From Candidatus Aenigmatarchaeota archaeon (GTDB lineage Archaea; Aenigmatarchaeota; Aenigmatarchaeia; CG10238-14): DNA of 64,000 nt. The notes under the pieces are model-generated. The model saw only the letters and a program-made list of their open reading frames with translations, ran no database searches and was not told the DNA's origin. Shown one piece after another: positions 31,616 through 41,576 of the stretch; the stretch's first letter is position 1, and each line of letters begins with the position of its first letter. A program made the position numbers and the translations under genes. Where the stretch lies: NCBI GenBank assembly GCA_030018415.1, contig JASEGC010000001.1, positions 323,067-387,066 on the forward strand. The letters run 5' to 3'.

Positions 31616-33811
31616 ATGATAGACTTAAACAAAATAAGAAATTGGTCGATCACTCTAGGAATACTTCTTTTCATAATTTTTTTATCAACGTGGGTAAGAC
31701 TTTCAACCATAAATTCTCCTACTGTCCTCGATTACGATCCGTTTTGGTGGTATAGGTATGCAAAAATTATACTGGAAAACGGTTTTAAAATGCCAGAATG
31801 GGATATCTTGAGTTTCTACCCACCAGGAAGACCAACAGAGCCATTTCAAGGTTGGCCGTATACGATAGCAATTTTCTACAAGATATTGAATTCCCTCTCT
31901 GGAATGGATTTCACAAGAGCAGCAATCATCTCTCCATTGATAACGGTTGCTTTAATCCCGATCCCAGCCTTCTTTCTAGGAAAATTTTTAACAGGGAATA
32001 ATATAGCAGGCTTAGCTACTGCTATATTCGCTACTCTTACACCAGCCTTCATCGGAGTAAGTATGGCTGGTTACTGCGATAGTGACGCTCCAGTTGTTTT
32101 TTACTCTTTCTTCTCTGTTTTATTCACTATTCTTGCTATGAAGAAAAGGTCAATCCCCTTCTACTTTCTAGCAATCCTTGCGAATTTGATGTTTATCTAC
32201 AATTGGGGCGGAGGCTGGATTACTCTTATTTTGTTCCTTGTTTTTATTCTGACAATTATTCCATTCAGAGTTTTAGAAGATGTTATTCACACAAAAAAAC
32301 TCACTTTAAGTCTGAGTGGTGTTTTGAAGGAGGTAAAAACCCTTTTCATCCCACTGATAGTCATCATCTTGATAACTAATGTTGTAGGTTTTATACTCTG
32401 GCGAATGACCATGTTTCACTCTCTTTTCGGTGGGTTAGTGTTCACCGGGTTAGTTGGCCAACCTCTTATAGTTAACGTTTCTGTGGCTGAGTTACAACCA
32501 ATAAATGTCTTCTCGAGAGAAGGTTTTCTGGCTGTAGTAAGTAGAGTTGGTTTACTTCCAGTCATTTTAACATTTTTTGGTCTTCCACTTTTAGTATTGT
32601 ATAAATTATACAGAAGAGAGAGGATCGCTTTCGAGGAAATATTTCTTTTTCTTTGGGCTTTAGTTATGTTCTACTTGATAACCCGAGGTATAAGGTTTTC
32701 TTTACTGTTTTCTATCGCAGCTGCCACTTCAGCCGGATACGCAATCGGGAATTTCTACAATTATCTTAAAGGTAGAAACTTAGTTATTTTTTCAACTGCT
32801 TTTGGTTTGGTAGGACTCTTAATCTTGATGTTTATTTCAGACGCAATACAGATAGGTTATGCATCATCAGGAATGCTTTTGAGTCAAAATTGGTACGATA
32901 TGCTCGATTGGCTAAAAAGCAATGCTAAGAAAGATGCTATAGTAGCTACATGGTGGGATCCTGGACATATTATAGCTGGTTACACTGGCTTAAGAGTTCA
33001 TGCAGATGGTGCTCACTGTGGCCCTACCGTATGCATTCCATACAATCACAACGTCAGGATACAAGACATGGGGAGGATTATGTCCACGAGCGACGAAAAG
33101 GAAGCTATATCCATCTTGAAAAAGTACATGCAATTAACTCCAGAACAATGTCAAGAAGTTAAACAAAAATTCGGCGATATCATCCCAAAAGAAGCATGCG
33201 AACCTGCTTCAGAGATGTACTTCATTTCCAGCAATGATTTGATAGGAAAATTCACATGGATGAATTACTTTGGCGGCTACAGAGCACCTATCAAATCTAA
33301 CGCAGATTTCCAAGCTAATCCTGGAGTTTGTTGTGCCTCCACACCAAAAACAGAACCTGGTCAAATATCATGCGGAGAGTTTGCTGCTCAAGGCAAGGGA
33401 GTATGGGTGTGGTGTCCTTGGATATTCTCTTTCTCAGAAGTGAAGCAAGATCAAGAAGGTAACCCTGTCTATGTCTACGATTATGCTGGTTTAAAGATAG
33501 CGATCATCCAGAAAGGGGACAACCTTATCCCCATCTACAACAACAGATTCCTCATAAATCATCTCACCTTTTTCCCACAAGGGTCAGCTAAACCGCAAGC
33601 TATTGATTTAACAAGGCTAAACACATCATTGGAAAGAATAGATGGTTTGATATGGATAGACCCAAGCTTCAGGAATTTGATATACTTTGCACCCTCTATC
33701 AAAGACAGTATCTTCACGAGGACTTTCTTCTTCGACGGCGAGGGTTTGAAGCATTTTGATTTAGTTTACTCTAACCCAGAAATAAGGTTGTATAAACTCA
33801 ATTTTGATTAA
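31616..33811 (+). CDS. aglB: Archaeal oligosaccharyltransferase AglB (STT3 family)
   Basis: 731 aa; about 13 N-terminal TM helices, then 'ATWWDPGHIIAGYTG' (WWDYG catalytic motif) and a large C-terminal soluble domain. Confidence 0.85.
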   Translation: MIDLNKIRNWSITLGILLFIIFLSTWVRLSTINSPTVLDYDPFWWYRYAKIILENGFKMPEWDILSFYPPGRPTEPFQGWPYTIAIFYKILNSLSGMDFTRAAIISPLITVALIPIPAFFLGKFLTGNNIAGLATAIFATLTPAFIGVSMAGYCDSDAPVVFYSFFSVLFTILAMKKRSIPFYFLAILANLMFIYNWGGGWITLILFLVFILTIIPFRVLEDVIHTKKLTLSLSGVLKEVKTLFIPLIVIILITNVVGFILWRMTMFHSLFGGLVFTGLVGQPLIVNVSVAELQPINVFSREGFLAVVSRVGLLPVILTFFGLPLLVLYKLYRRERIAFEEIFLFLWALVMFYLITRGIRFSLLFSIAAATSAGYAIGNFYNYLKGRNLVIFSTAFGLVGLLILMFISDAIQIGYASSGMLLSQNWYDMLDWLKSNAKKDAIVATWWDPGHIIAGYTGLRVHADGAHCGPTVCIPYNHNVRIQDMGRIMSTSDEKEAISILKKYMQLTPEQCQEVKQKFGDIIPKEACEPASEMYFISSNDLIGKFTWMNYFGGYRAPIKSNADFQANPGVCCASTPKTEPGQISCGEFAAQGKGVWVWCPWIFSFSEVKQDQEGNPVYVYDYAGLKIAIIQKGDNLIPIYNNRFLINHLTFFPQGSAKPQAIDLTRLNTSLERIDGLIWIDPSFRNLIYFAPSIKDSIFTRTFFFDGEGLKHFDLVYSNPEIRLYKLNFD

Positions 33812-33892
33812 AAGTTCTAATTTCTTTGTTTATCAAAAAATAAAGATTTAAATAATTGCTTTTTCTTTAAAAATATATGGAGGTATGAGTTC

Positions 33893-34117
33893 ATGGCTGA
33901 AAAACCGAAAAAAGACATTCCATTGGCTCCTTTAGAGCGCTTGTTGAGGAGGGCTGGAGCAAAGAGAGTTTCGAAGTCTGCGGTGAGAGAATTTGCTCAT
34001 GTTATTGCTGATTATACGCACGATCTATCGGCTGAAGCCCTAGTGTTAGCAAAACACGCAGGTAGGAAGACAATAGTGGCAGCAGACGTGAGGATGGCAA
34101 GAAGAAAGTTAGAATAA
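33893..34117 (+). CDS. Archaeal histone (HMf-like histone fold)
   Basis: 74 aa; 'LPLAPLERLLRRAGAKRVSKSAVREFAHVIADYTHDLSAEALVLAKHAGRKTIVAADVRMA'. Confidence 0.85.
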   Translation: MAEKPKKDIPLAPLERLLRRAGAKRVSKSAVREFAHVIADYTHDLSAEALVLAKHAGRKTIVAADVRMARRKLE

Positions 34118-34151
34118 TTTTTTCAATTATTATTAAATTGTAAGTGATAAC

Positions 34152-35156
34152 ATGCTCACACTAGAAGATATACTATCAGAATTGGAAAAGAACACGAAAT
34201 ATTCCAGGAAACAATTGTACGATATGATCAAGAATAAACATGAAGAACTATCAGGCTTAGTTTCTTTAGAAGGAGCGGGTCATCTTGTGGCGAGGGATTT
34301 GGGCGTTAACCTTTTGGTACCAGAGAAAATGGTCTTGAAGATAGGCAACATAGTAAGTGGAATGAAAAACATTAGCGTTAAAGCGAGAGTGATCCAGGTT
34401 TCTGAGATTAGAGAATTCGAAAAAAAGGATGAAAAAAAAGGTAAAGTTTGTAACCTTATCCTGACAGATGGCACAGGTGAAGTTAGACTCACGTTATGGG
34501 ATAAACAGGTTGGTATGATCGAGGAAGGAAAGATAAAAGAAGGAGACGTCATCGAGGTCAAGAACGCGTTCGCAAAAGAAAACATCTTTGGTGGTGTTGA
34601 GTTAGGACTATCAAGACTAGCAAGGATAGAGAAGGTTGAGGATGACGAATCCATTCCACGTCAGATGGTTGGTTTAATGTATAAGAGGATTCCCATCAAG
34701 GATATAACAGAAGGATATTACGAGATAAAAGGCAACATCGTTCAAATCTTCAATGTTAACCCCATTTTTCAGGTTTGTCCGAACTGTAGAGTAAAAGTCG
34801 AGAAGACAAAGAAAGGATATGAATGTCCTGAACATGGAAAAGTTGAGCCCGAGAATAACATGATAATATCTGGTGTAGTGGATGATGGTACGGATACCAT
34901 CAGAGCAGTTTTCTTCAGAGAACAAGCTCAGGCTGTTTCTGGACTGGAATCTTCTGTTCTTCTGAGTATGTCGCAGGATGAAGCGATGAATCTGGTAAGA
35001 CAGAATACATTAGGCAACGAGATTGTAATGAGAGGGAGAATACAGAAGAATAAGATTTTTGATACTTTGGAGATGATTGTCAGCGATGTGAGAGAATTGG
35101 ATATAGAAGAGGAGAGTAAAAGACTGATAAATGAGATAAAGGCTCTTTCTGCGTGA
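34152..35156 (+). CDS. Replication protein A-like ssDNA-binding protein (OB folds plus C4 zinc ribbon)
   Basis: 334 aa; OB-fold-like repeats; 'CPNCRVKVEKTKKGYECPEHGK' zinc ribbon. Confidence 0.6.
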   Translation: MLTLEDILSELEKNTKYSRKQLYDMIKNKHEELSGLVSLEGAGHLVARDLGVNLLVPEKMVLKIGNIVSGMKNISVKARVIQVSEIREFEKKDEKKGKVCNLILTDGTGEVRLTLWDKQVGMIEEGKIKEGDVIEVKNAFAKENIFGGVELGLSRLARIEKVEDDESIPRQMVGLMYKRIPIKDITEGYYEIKGNIVQIFNVNPIFQVCPNCRVKVEKTKKGYECPEHGKVEPENNMIISGVVDDGTDTIRAVFFREQAQAVSGLESSVLLSMSQDEAMNLVRQNTLGNEIVMRGRIQKNKIFDTLEMIVSDVRELDIEEESKRLINEIKALSA

Positions 35157-35294
35157 ATCATTGAGCAAAAATCTAATTCAGTATTGTCAATCCGTTAAAT
35201 TGAAGAAAAAGTATAAGTAATTTATCTCTAATAGTTAATTAGAAGATTTTCTTGTTTTTAATTATTTATAAATAGAATCAAATCTCTAAAATAG

Positions 35295-36251
35295 GTGCAT
35301 GACTTGAAAGAAAAAAAAATTGAACTGGAAGACATTCCTGGTGTTGGTCCTAAACTTGCAGATAAATTAAGGGAAATGGGATTTTCTGACCCGATGTCCA
35401 TTGCAGTAGCTTCACCAAGCGAGTTAGCGAGTATTCTGGAGATAGGGGAAGTCACTGCCACGAAGATCATCAACAAAACAAGGGATATGCTTGAGATTGG
35501 TTTTACTTCTGCTGATAAAGTCTGGGAGCAGAGACAAAAGATCGGTAAGATTACAACAGGAAGTAAAGCTCTGGATGATTTATTGGGTGGGGGAGTTGAG
35601 ACTCAAGCGATAACAGAAGCATATGGAGCTTTCGGCTCAGGAAAAACTCAAATTGGGTTTCAACTTTCTTTGAACGTTCAGTTACCACCAGAAAAAGGAG
35701 GATTAAACGGAAATTGTTTGTTCATTGACACGGAAGCCACTTTTAGGCCAGATCGTGTATTACAAATGGCAAAATCGATGGGTTTGGATCCTGATAAGGC
35801 TTTGAAGAACATTTATGTCGCCAGGGCATATGATTCAGACCATGAGATTTTCCTCATAGATAAAGCCGGAGAAATGATAAAAGAAAAGAACATAAGACTC
35901 GTGATCATCGATTCTTTGACCTCACACTTCAGGGCAGATTATGTTGGAAGAGGAGAATTAGCACCTAGACAACAGAAGTTGAATAAACTGTTACATAATC
36001 TACAACGTTTAGCCGATTCTCAGAATGTAGCGATTTTTGTCACGAATCAAGTGTTAACCAACCCTGCAATTTTGTTCGGTGATCCTACGATGCCGATTGG
36101 GGGCCATGTGCTCGCGCATCAAAGTACGTATCGGGTTTATTTAAGGAAATCTTCTGGCGAAAAAAGGATTGCAAGGATGATGGATAGTCCCAATTTACCT
36201 CCTGGCGAGTGTGTGTTCAAGATTACTCCTGATGGTATCAGAGATGTTTAA
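35295..36251 (+). CDS. radA: DNA repair and recombination protein RadA
   Basis: GTG start; N-terminal HhH '[12 protein letters not shown]'; Walker A '[11 protein letters not shown]'; Walker B '[12 protein letters not shown]'. Confidence 0.9.
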   Translation: MHDLKEKKIELEDIPGVGPKLADKLREMGFSDPMSIAVASPSELASILEIGEVTATKIINKTRDMLEIGFTSADKVWEQRQKIGKITTGSKALDDLLGGGVETQAITEAYGAFGSGKTQIGFQLSLNVQLPPEKGGLNGNCLFIDTEATFRPDRVLQMAKSMGLDPDKALKNIYVARAYDSDHEIFLIDKAGEMIKEKNIRLVIIDSLTSHFRADYVGRGELAPRQQKLNKLLHNLQRLADSQNVAIFVTNQVLTNPAILFGDPTMPIGGHVLAHQSTYRVYLRKSSGEKRIARMMDSPNLPPGECVFKITPDGIRDV

Positions 36252-36283
36252 AATATTTTAAACCCAGAATATTATGGTTTATC

Positions 36284-36946
36284 ATGTGGGTTGTTAAATT
36301 AAGGATTAAACACGACTGTACGATAGCTGTTAGATGTAAAAAATTTAAAGTGACTTCTTTTTCTTGGAGTTTAATGCCTTTTGAGAAAGGTGGTAAATCA
36401 TACACTTATCAAATGCATCATCTAGTTGGAAAGGAAGAAAACATCAAAGCATTCATCAAAGACTTGAAGGAAGATAAACGAATCACAAACTTAGAGGTTG
36501 AGAAAAACGTAATATTTTTTATTGAAGTAAGACCTAGAAAAGAAATACCGTCTTCTTTCTACAACCCAGAGATGTTTTACATTAAGCCATGCCTCGTAGA
36601 TACTGATGGATATGAAGTCTGGGAATTGGCTTCTGTTCATAGGTCAGTATTAACGAATTTGATAAGCGAGCTAGAGAAAATAAAAAAAGATTTTGAAGTT
36701 AAAATCTTGAAACTAGCAGAGACAAAGTTGAGCGATGTCTATTATCCAAGAATAACCCCGAAGTTGACCAAACAACAAAAGATAGCAATTGATTTGGCGG
36801 TTAAACATGGTTATTATTCAGTTCCTCGCAAAGCAAATTTAGAAAAACTCAGTAAAATTATGGGAGTTTCTCTTTCTACATTCCAAGAACACCTTAGAAA
36901 AGCAGAGGGTAGATTAATTCCAGATCTCCTCAAAGAGATTGAATAG
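36284..36946 (+). CDS. HTH_10 (bacterio-opsin activator-type) family transcription regulator
   Basis: C-terminal 'LTKQQKIAIDLAVKHGYYSVPRKANLEKLSKIMGVSLSTFQEHLRKAEGRLI' matches the HTH_10 pattern. Confidence 0.6.
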   Translation: MWVVKLRIKHDCTIAVRCKKFKVTSFSWSLMPFEKGGKSYTYQMHHLVGKEENIKAFIKDLKEDKRITNLEVEKNVIFFIEVRPRKEIPSSFYNPEMFYIKPCLVDTDGYEVWELASVHRSVLTNLISELEKIKKDFEVKILKLAETKLSDVYYPRITPKLTKQQKIAIDLAVKHGYYSVPRKANLEKLSKIMGVSLSTFQEHLRKAEGRLIPDLLKEIE

Positions 36947-37058
36947 GATACCTTCAAAAAACATTAGTAAATCCCCGTTTTTAATTAAATTTCTTAAAAA
37001 CCCGTAATATTACGGTAAAAAATTATACTTCTTGTAGTACTACTTTTTAGTAAATAAA

Positions 37059-37943
37059 ATGTTAGAAATATCATCACCTATCGAGAATCTAATAATCAAG
37101 AGAGCAAATGAGAAAATTTTAGACGAGAGATTGTTTCTTGGGATAAAAAACAAAATGATAACAGGAGAACAATGGTTTAGGAACCCTGATAATTGGTATA
37201 ACATAACAGCGTTTGCTAATCCACACAAAACTCCATACAGTGAACTCAGGATACTCTTTGAGAATGAGGATGAATTAAAACCTCTTTTAGATAATACTAT
37301 AAAGATTTTTTACGGTATCGGAATGGGAGAAACAGAGACTTTAATCGTCAAATGGGACCTGGAGAATAATAATTACACTGAAGTTATAGCTATAGATGCG
37401 ATAAATGTTTTTATCGAGAATTTTATTCAGATATTGAGAAATTTAAAATACAACTACTCAAAGAGTGAGATATTCTTTAGAGGGATACGTGACCTATTCG
37501 AAAATCTTAATAAAGATGATCTATTTTTTTCAAGGTCAAAGTTTGAGAATGCTACTCATATTTGTTTTGGCAACACAATCGGTAATTTTGAACAACAAAA
37601 TGAGATCTTTACAATTTTTCAGAAAAACATGGATAGAGGAGACAAACTCTTACTTGGCATTCATTTAAATAAATTTCCAGAAAAAACCTTCTCTGAGTAT
37701 GCAAACAATGTTTTGTTTAAGAAACTTATTCTCAATTCTATAAAATTTGATGGAGACCTTTATTGGAAATACAATAGAGATGATGACAGAGTCGAGGCTT
37801 GGTTCGGAGATGTTTTAGCTTTCCAATCAAAAAAATATGATTTGAAAAAACTCCTTGAGTTTGTGAAAGAATTTGGTTTAATTTCAATCAGAACTTTCGA
37901 ACATCAAGAATTCGCAGTTGTTTTGTTTGAAAAAGAAAACTAA
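37059..37943 (+). CDS. Methyltransf_33/EgtD-like family protein (putative SAM-dependent methyltransferase)
   Basis: 'FGNTIGNFEQQNEIFTIFQKNMDRGDKLLLGIHLNK' resembles the EgtD-family 'STIGNF...GD.LLIGVDL.K' block; weak assignment. Confidence 0.35.
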   Translation: MLEISSPIENLIIKRANEKILDERLFLGIKNKMITGEQWFRNPDNWYNITAFANPHKTPYSELRILFENEDELKPLLDNTIKIFYGIGMGETETLIVKWDLENNNYTEVIAIDAINVFIENFIQILRNLKYNYSKSEIFFRGIRDLFENLNKDDLFFSRSKFENATHICFGNTIGNFEQQNEIFTIFQKNMDRGDKLLLGIHLNKFPEKTFSEYANNVLFKKLILNSIKFDGDLYWKYNRDDDRVEAWFGDVLAFQSKKYDLKKLLEFVKEFGLISIRTFEHQEFAVVLFEKEN

Positions 37944-37954
37944 TTTTTTATCTA

Positions 37955-37991
37955 GGACATTGTCCACTATTTATTTACTTATGTATATAAA
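37955..37991 (+). promoter_or_regulatory. Putative promoter/operator: perfect palindrome GGACAtTGTCC followed by TATA-like box
   Basis: 'ggacattgtcc' at 37955-37965 and 'tatataa' at 37984-37990, about 35 bp upstream of the wHTH gene start at 38025. Confidence 0.4.
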
Positions 37992-38024
37992 TCTTTATAT
38001 ATTATATATGTCCAATTATAAATT

Positions 38025-38231
38025 ATGGTCAGAAAACCAGACCCAGAAAAAATTGAAAAAATAAGAAAACTGTTAAAAGAAAATCCAGAAGGTTTGTGGA
38101 TCAGAGAAATTGCAAGAAGGTCAAATTTAACAAAGTCTACAGTGAGCAAATACGTTAATGAATATATGAAAGATGAGATAGAGGATGTCTGGAAGCGTGG
38201 GTTTATAAGGATAGTGAGGTTGAAGGAATGA
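38025..38231 (+). CDS. Small winged-helix DNA-binding protein
   Basis: 68 aa; 'GLWIREIARRSNLTKSTVSKYVNEY' HTH; stop overlaps the start of the next gene (ATGA). Confidence 0.5.
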   Translation: MVRKPDPEKIEKIRKLLKENPEGLWIREIARRSNLTKSTVSKYVNEYMKDEIEDVWKRGFIRIVRLKE

Positions 38232-39715
38232 ACTGGAGAAATGGATTGAATTTCGGTCAAGCAAAATACGAAGTTATCGATAGGGACACCTTTATTCCAT
38301 ACATAAGATCTGATTTTAGGGCTGTTATTCCATTCGAGATTTTAATAGACTTTACTGAGCAAAGGCGGAATGATTTGGTTGCATTATTAAAAATTACTGA
38401 TCGAGTATCCAAAAAGAGTAATATCAGAGTAAAGAAATTGTGTAGAAGTGGCGAGAGTTTAAGTTTTTCTTTAGAAAAAGAAAGAAACCTGAAGGATATT
38501 ATCGTGAAAGTTCTGAGTATTAAAACAGTACAAGACTGTGTAAATAGAATGTCATCGAATTCAAGAGAAAACATCCCCACGTTGTCTATTCTTCCAAGTC
38601 ACACTTCAAATTATTCATTTCCGTACCAGAATTCTAAGAGAGTGACTCCTATATTTGCTTTCGAGCTAGAAGATGCGGTTTATTGCATCTCTCATTTTGG
38701 CTGGAAGAACATAATTTTCAAGAAAGAAATAATGCCAGACGAACTTACTGCCCTTGCAATTGGTCTTTACTTTGCTGAAGGCGGAAAAGTCACAGCATCT
38801 TTCACGAATTCTTCTCCAAAAATTATTAACGTTATGTTAGATTTTATAGAACAATACTCAAACATTGAAAGAGACAAAATCAACGCCAGAATATACTGTC
38901 ACACCAGACTTCAAAATAAAAAAAAGAATTTAGAAGAATTTTGGTATTCTCAAGTAGGGATTTCTAATTATGGGAGTAAGCTTCATTTGAGTGAAAATTC
39001 TAGATCACCTTGCGGAACATTAGAACTGAACTTTTGTAGTCAGATATTGAAGAATCTCTTGTGTGGTTTAATCAAAAAGGCTTTTGACGATCCTTTAACG
39101 TTCGATCCAAAAAACATAATACGAGGGATATTTTCTGGCGATGGTTGTCCGATACAACAAACTAAATATTTTATTTGCCATCATATAACCCTTGATAAAA
39201 ATTACTGGAAGAGTCAATTTGATTTTATAGACAAATTAATTTCTCGGCATGGTATACAGCTTAAAACAGTCCCATCTAATCCGAATAAAATAAAAGACCA
39301 GATCAGGGCTGTTATCTACAGTAATTGGTATACCAATATGTATTTCATGTTTCTGGATCCTTACAGGTTCGAATTAATAAACAGAGAAAAATTTGCAAGA
39401 AGATTTTTATCGTTAGAAAAAACAAGATTGTTTCTAAGTTTGGAGGACGGATGTTTAATAAAAGGGATAGATCTAGTTAATGGACTAAGACCACTTATCA
39501 GCTTGAGAAACCATGACTTCATAAATTTAGTTCAAAAGAGTCCTAAACCCAACAGAAAATACGAAGTCCAATTTTCAGAGAATGGTTTACAAGTTAGGAA
39601 AATTCTACAAGATTTTCTTAATAATGTCTATCCTAAGTATAGAAAAGAATTGGAGAATTTTAAGGTTCTATTGGGAAAGTTTGATTTGCTAGAAAAAAAC
39701 AATAGAGGATGCTAG
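38228..39715 (+). CDS. Free-standing double-motif LAGLIDADG-like (homing-endonuclease-fold) protein
   Basis: 495 aa; two motifs about 120 aa apart: 'LTALAIGLYFAEGGKVTAS' (I-DmoI-like) and 'IRGIFSGDGCPIQQTKYF...DKLISRHGI'; no intein (Hint) or intron context evident. Confidence 0.45.
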   Translation: MNWRNGLNFGQAKYEVIDRDTFIPYIRSDFRAVIPFEILIDFTEQRRNDLVALLKITDRVSKKSNIRVKKLCRSGESLSFSLEKERNLKDIIVKVLSIKTVQDCVNRMSSNSRENIPTLSILPSHTSNYSFPYQNSKRVTPIFAFELEDAVYCISHFGWKNIIFKKEIMPDELTALAIGLYFAEGGKVTASFTNSSPKIINVMLDFIEQYSNIERDKINARIYCHTRLQNKKKNLEEFWYSQVGISNYGSKLHLSENSRSPCGTLELNFCSQILKNLLCGLIKKAFDDPLTFDPKNIIRGIFSGDGCPIQQTKYFICHHITLDKNYWKSQFDFIDKLISRHGIQLKTVPSNPNKIKDQIRAVIYSNWYTNMYFMFLDPYRFELINREKFARRFLSLEKTRLFLSLEDGCLIKGIDLVNGLRPLISLRNHDFINLVQKSPKPNRKYEVQFSENGLQVRKILQDFLNNVYPKYRKELENFKVLLGKFDLLEKNNRGC

Positions 39716-39727
39716 TGGTGATTTTAG

Positions 39728-41005
39728 ATGAAAGTAGTGATGGATGCGCACATCCATTCTCGGTTTAGTAGAGCCACCAGTGGAAACATAACGATTTCGA
39801 ACTTGGAAAGGTATGGAAGGATGAAAGGTGTCAACCTCATCGGTACAGGGGATTTTACGCATCCCACGTGGTTGTCTGAGTTGAAAGAAAATTTGATAGA
39901 AGATGGTTCTGGGATATTAAAAACAAAAACAGGGTTTAATTTTATTTTGACGGCTGAAATCTCAAATATTTATGTTCAAGACGGTAAACAAAGAAGAGTT
40001 CATAATATTATCCTTTCCCCAAGCTTTGATGTTGTAGAACAAATAAATAGTGAATTATTGAAACATGGAAGATTGGATTATGACGGTAGACCGATTTTTG
40101 GTTTCACTTGTTCTGAATTAGTGGAGATGATAATGTCAATCTGTAGGGAATGTATGATTATCCCCGCTCACATACTTACCCCATGGTTCTCAATTTTTGG
40201 CTCCAAATCTGGTTTTGACTCAGTAGAAGAATGCTTCAAAGACCAGACAAAACATATTCATGCCCTAGAGACAGGCTTATCAAGCAATCCTGCCATGAAC
40301 TGGAGAGTTTCTTCTTTAGATAAATACACATTGGTTTCCTTTTCAGATGCCCACTCATGCAATCCTTGGAGGTTAGGTCGCGAGAATTGTGTATTAGATG
40401 TTAACAAACTCACTTATAAAGAAATTACTGACACCATTAAGAAAAAAGAAAAAGGGTTTTTGTTCACCACCGAATTCTTCCCTCAGGAAGGAAAGTATTT
40501 CTTCGATGGGCATAGAAACTGTAACGTATCATTACATCCAAAAGAATCGATTAAAATGAATAATTTCTGCCCCGTTTGCAAAAGAAAATTGACAGTAGGA
40601 GTGCTACATAGGATAGAAGAATTGGCCGATAGGCCCGAAGGATTCGTTCCAAAGAATGTCATACCTTTCAAGAGTTTGATACCACTTTCTGAATTGATTA
40701 AAACCATACTGAGAATAGATACGATATACTCAAAAACTGTTTGGGAAGAATACAATAAACTGATAAAGGAATTTAAGAATGAATTGAACGTTTTACTTGA
40801 CGTTCCAAAAGAAGAGTTGATGAAGGTAACTTATGAAAAGGTAGCAGATACGATAATAAAAGTCAGAGAAGGAGAAGTGAAATACATCGCTGGTTATGAT
40901 GGTGTTTATGGAAAGCCTGTGTTCGATGAAGAAGAATTTAAGAAACGTGAAGAAAAACAGAAAGACGTAAAAATTCATACTCAAAAAAGATTAATCGATT
41001 TTTAG
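39728..41005 (+). CDS. PHP-domain metal-dependent nuclease, EndoQ-like (TIGR00375-type) with C-terminal zinc ribbon
   Basis: 'MDAHIHSRFSRATSGN...NLIGTGDFTHPTW' PHP N-terminus; 'CPVCKRKLTVGVLHRIEEL' zinc finger; about 425 aa as in archaeal endonuclease Q. Confidence 0.5.
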   Translation: MKVVMDAHIHSRFSRATSGNITISNLERYGRMKGVNLIGTGDFTHPTWLSELKENLIEDGSGILKTKTGFNFILTAEISNIYVQDGKQRRVHNIILSPSFDVVEQINSELLKHGRLDYDGRPIFGFTCSELVEMIMSICRECMIIPAHILTPWFSIFGSKSGFDSVEECFKDQTKHIHALETGLSSNPAMNWRVSSLDKYTLVSFSDAHSCNPWRLGRENCVLDVNKLTYKEITDTIKKKEKGFLFTTEFFPQEGKYFFDGHRNCNVSLHPKESIKMNNFCPVCKRKLTVGVLHRIEELADRPEGFVPKNVIPFKSLIPLSELIKTILRIDTIYSKTVWEEYNKLIKEFKNELNVLLDVPKEELMKVTYEKVADTIIKVREGEVKYIAGYDGVYGKPVFDEEEFKKREEKQKDVKIHTQKRLIDF

Positions 41006-41075
41006 GGTCTGTAGTCTAATGGTAGGACACTGCTCTCACACAGCAGAGAATTGGGTTCGATTCCCAACAGACCCA
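41005..41075 (+). tRNA. tRNA-Val (anticodon CAC)
   Basis: Manual cloverleaf: acceptor GGGTCTG/CAGACCC, D arm GTCT-AATGGTA-GGAC, anticodon arm CTGCT-CTCACAC-AGCAG, T arm TTGGG-TTCGATT-CCCAA, discriminator A; no encoded CCA. Confidence 0.8.
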
Positions 41076-41153
41076 TGATTATCATCTGCAGATAAACTAG
41101 AGCGACTATTTTTATAAGACTTAGTTTTAAAGTTTATAAATGCAGCTTTCTAA

Positions 41154-41576
41154 ATGGGGTTTATGGAAGAGGTTTACAGAAAATTAGGAGAAGACGAGAA
41201 GAAAAAGGTCGAAGAAACTATCGCGAAAATCCTTTCAAAGTACAAGTTTATCGACGCGGCCCTAATTTTCGGCTCTTTTGTGACGAGAAAATTTTTCAGG
41301 GATATAGATGTGGCAATTGTTTGTGAAAAAGTAAGAGAAAAAGATTTGGAAAGAATTGCCCTTGAAATAGAGAAAAAAATCAAGATTCCGGTTGATCTAA
41401 AAGTTCTTGATGAACTTCCTCTCAAACTTAAGTTTTTTGTGATAAGACAAGGAAAACTTGTGATGGTAAACCAAAAAGAAAGATATTTTATTGTAAAACA
41501 TAGTGTTATCACTCAATTTCTTGATTTTAAGCCATTTCTCGAGAGATACACAAAAGGTGTACTAGGATGGAGTTAA
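41154..41576 (+). CDS. Minimal nucleotidyltransferase (MNT) antitoxin-like protein
   Basis: 'LIFGSFVTRKFFRDIDVAIV' GS...D.D NTase motif; 140 aa. Confidence 0.7.
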   Translation: MGFMEEVYRKLGEDEKKKVEETIAKILSKYKFIDAALIFGSFVTRKFFRDIDVAIVCEKVREKDLERIALEIEKKIKIPVDLKVLDELPLKLKFFVIRQGKLVMVNQKERYFIVKHSVITQFLDFKPFLERYTKGVLGWS

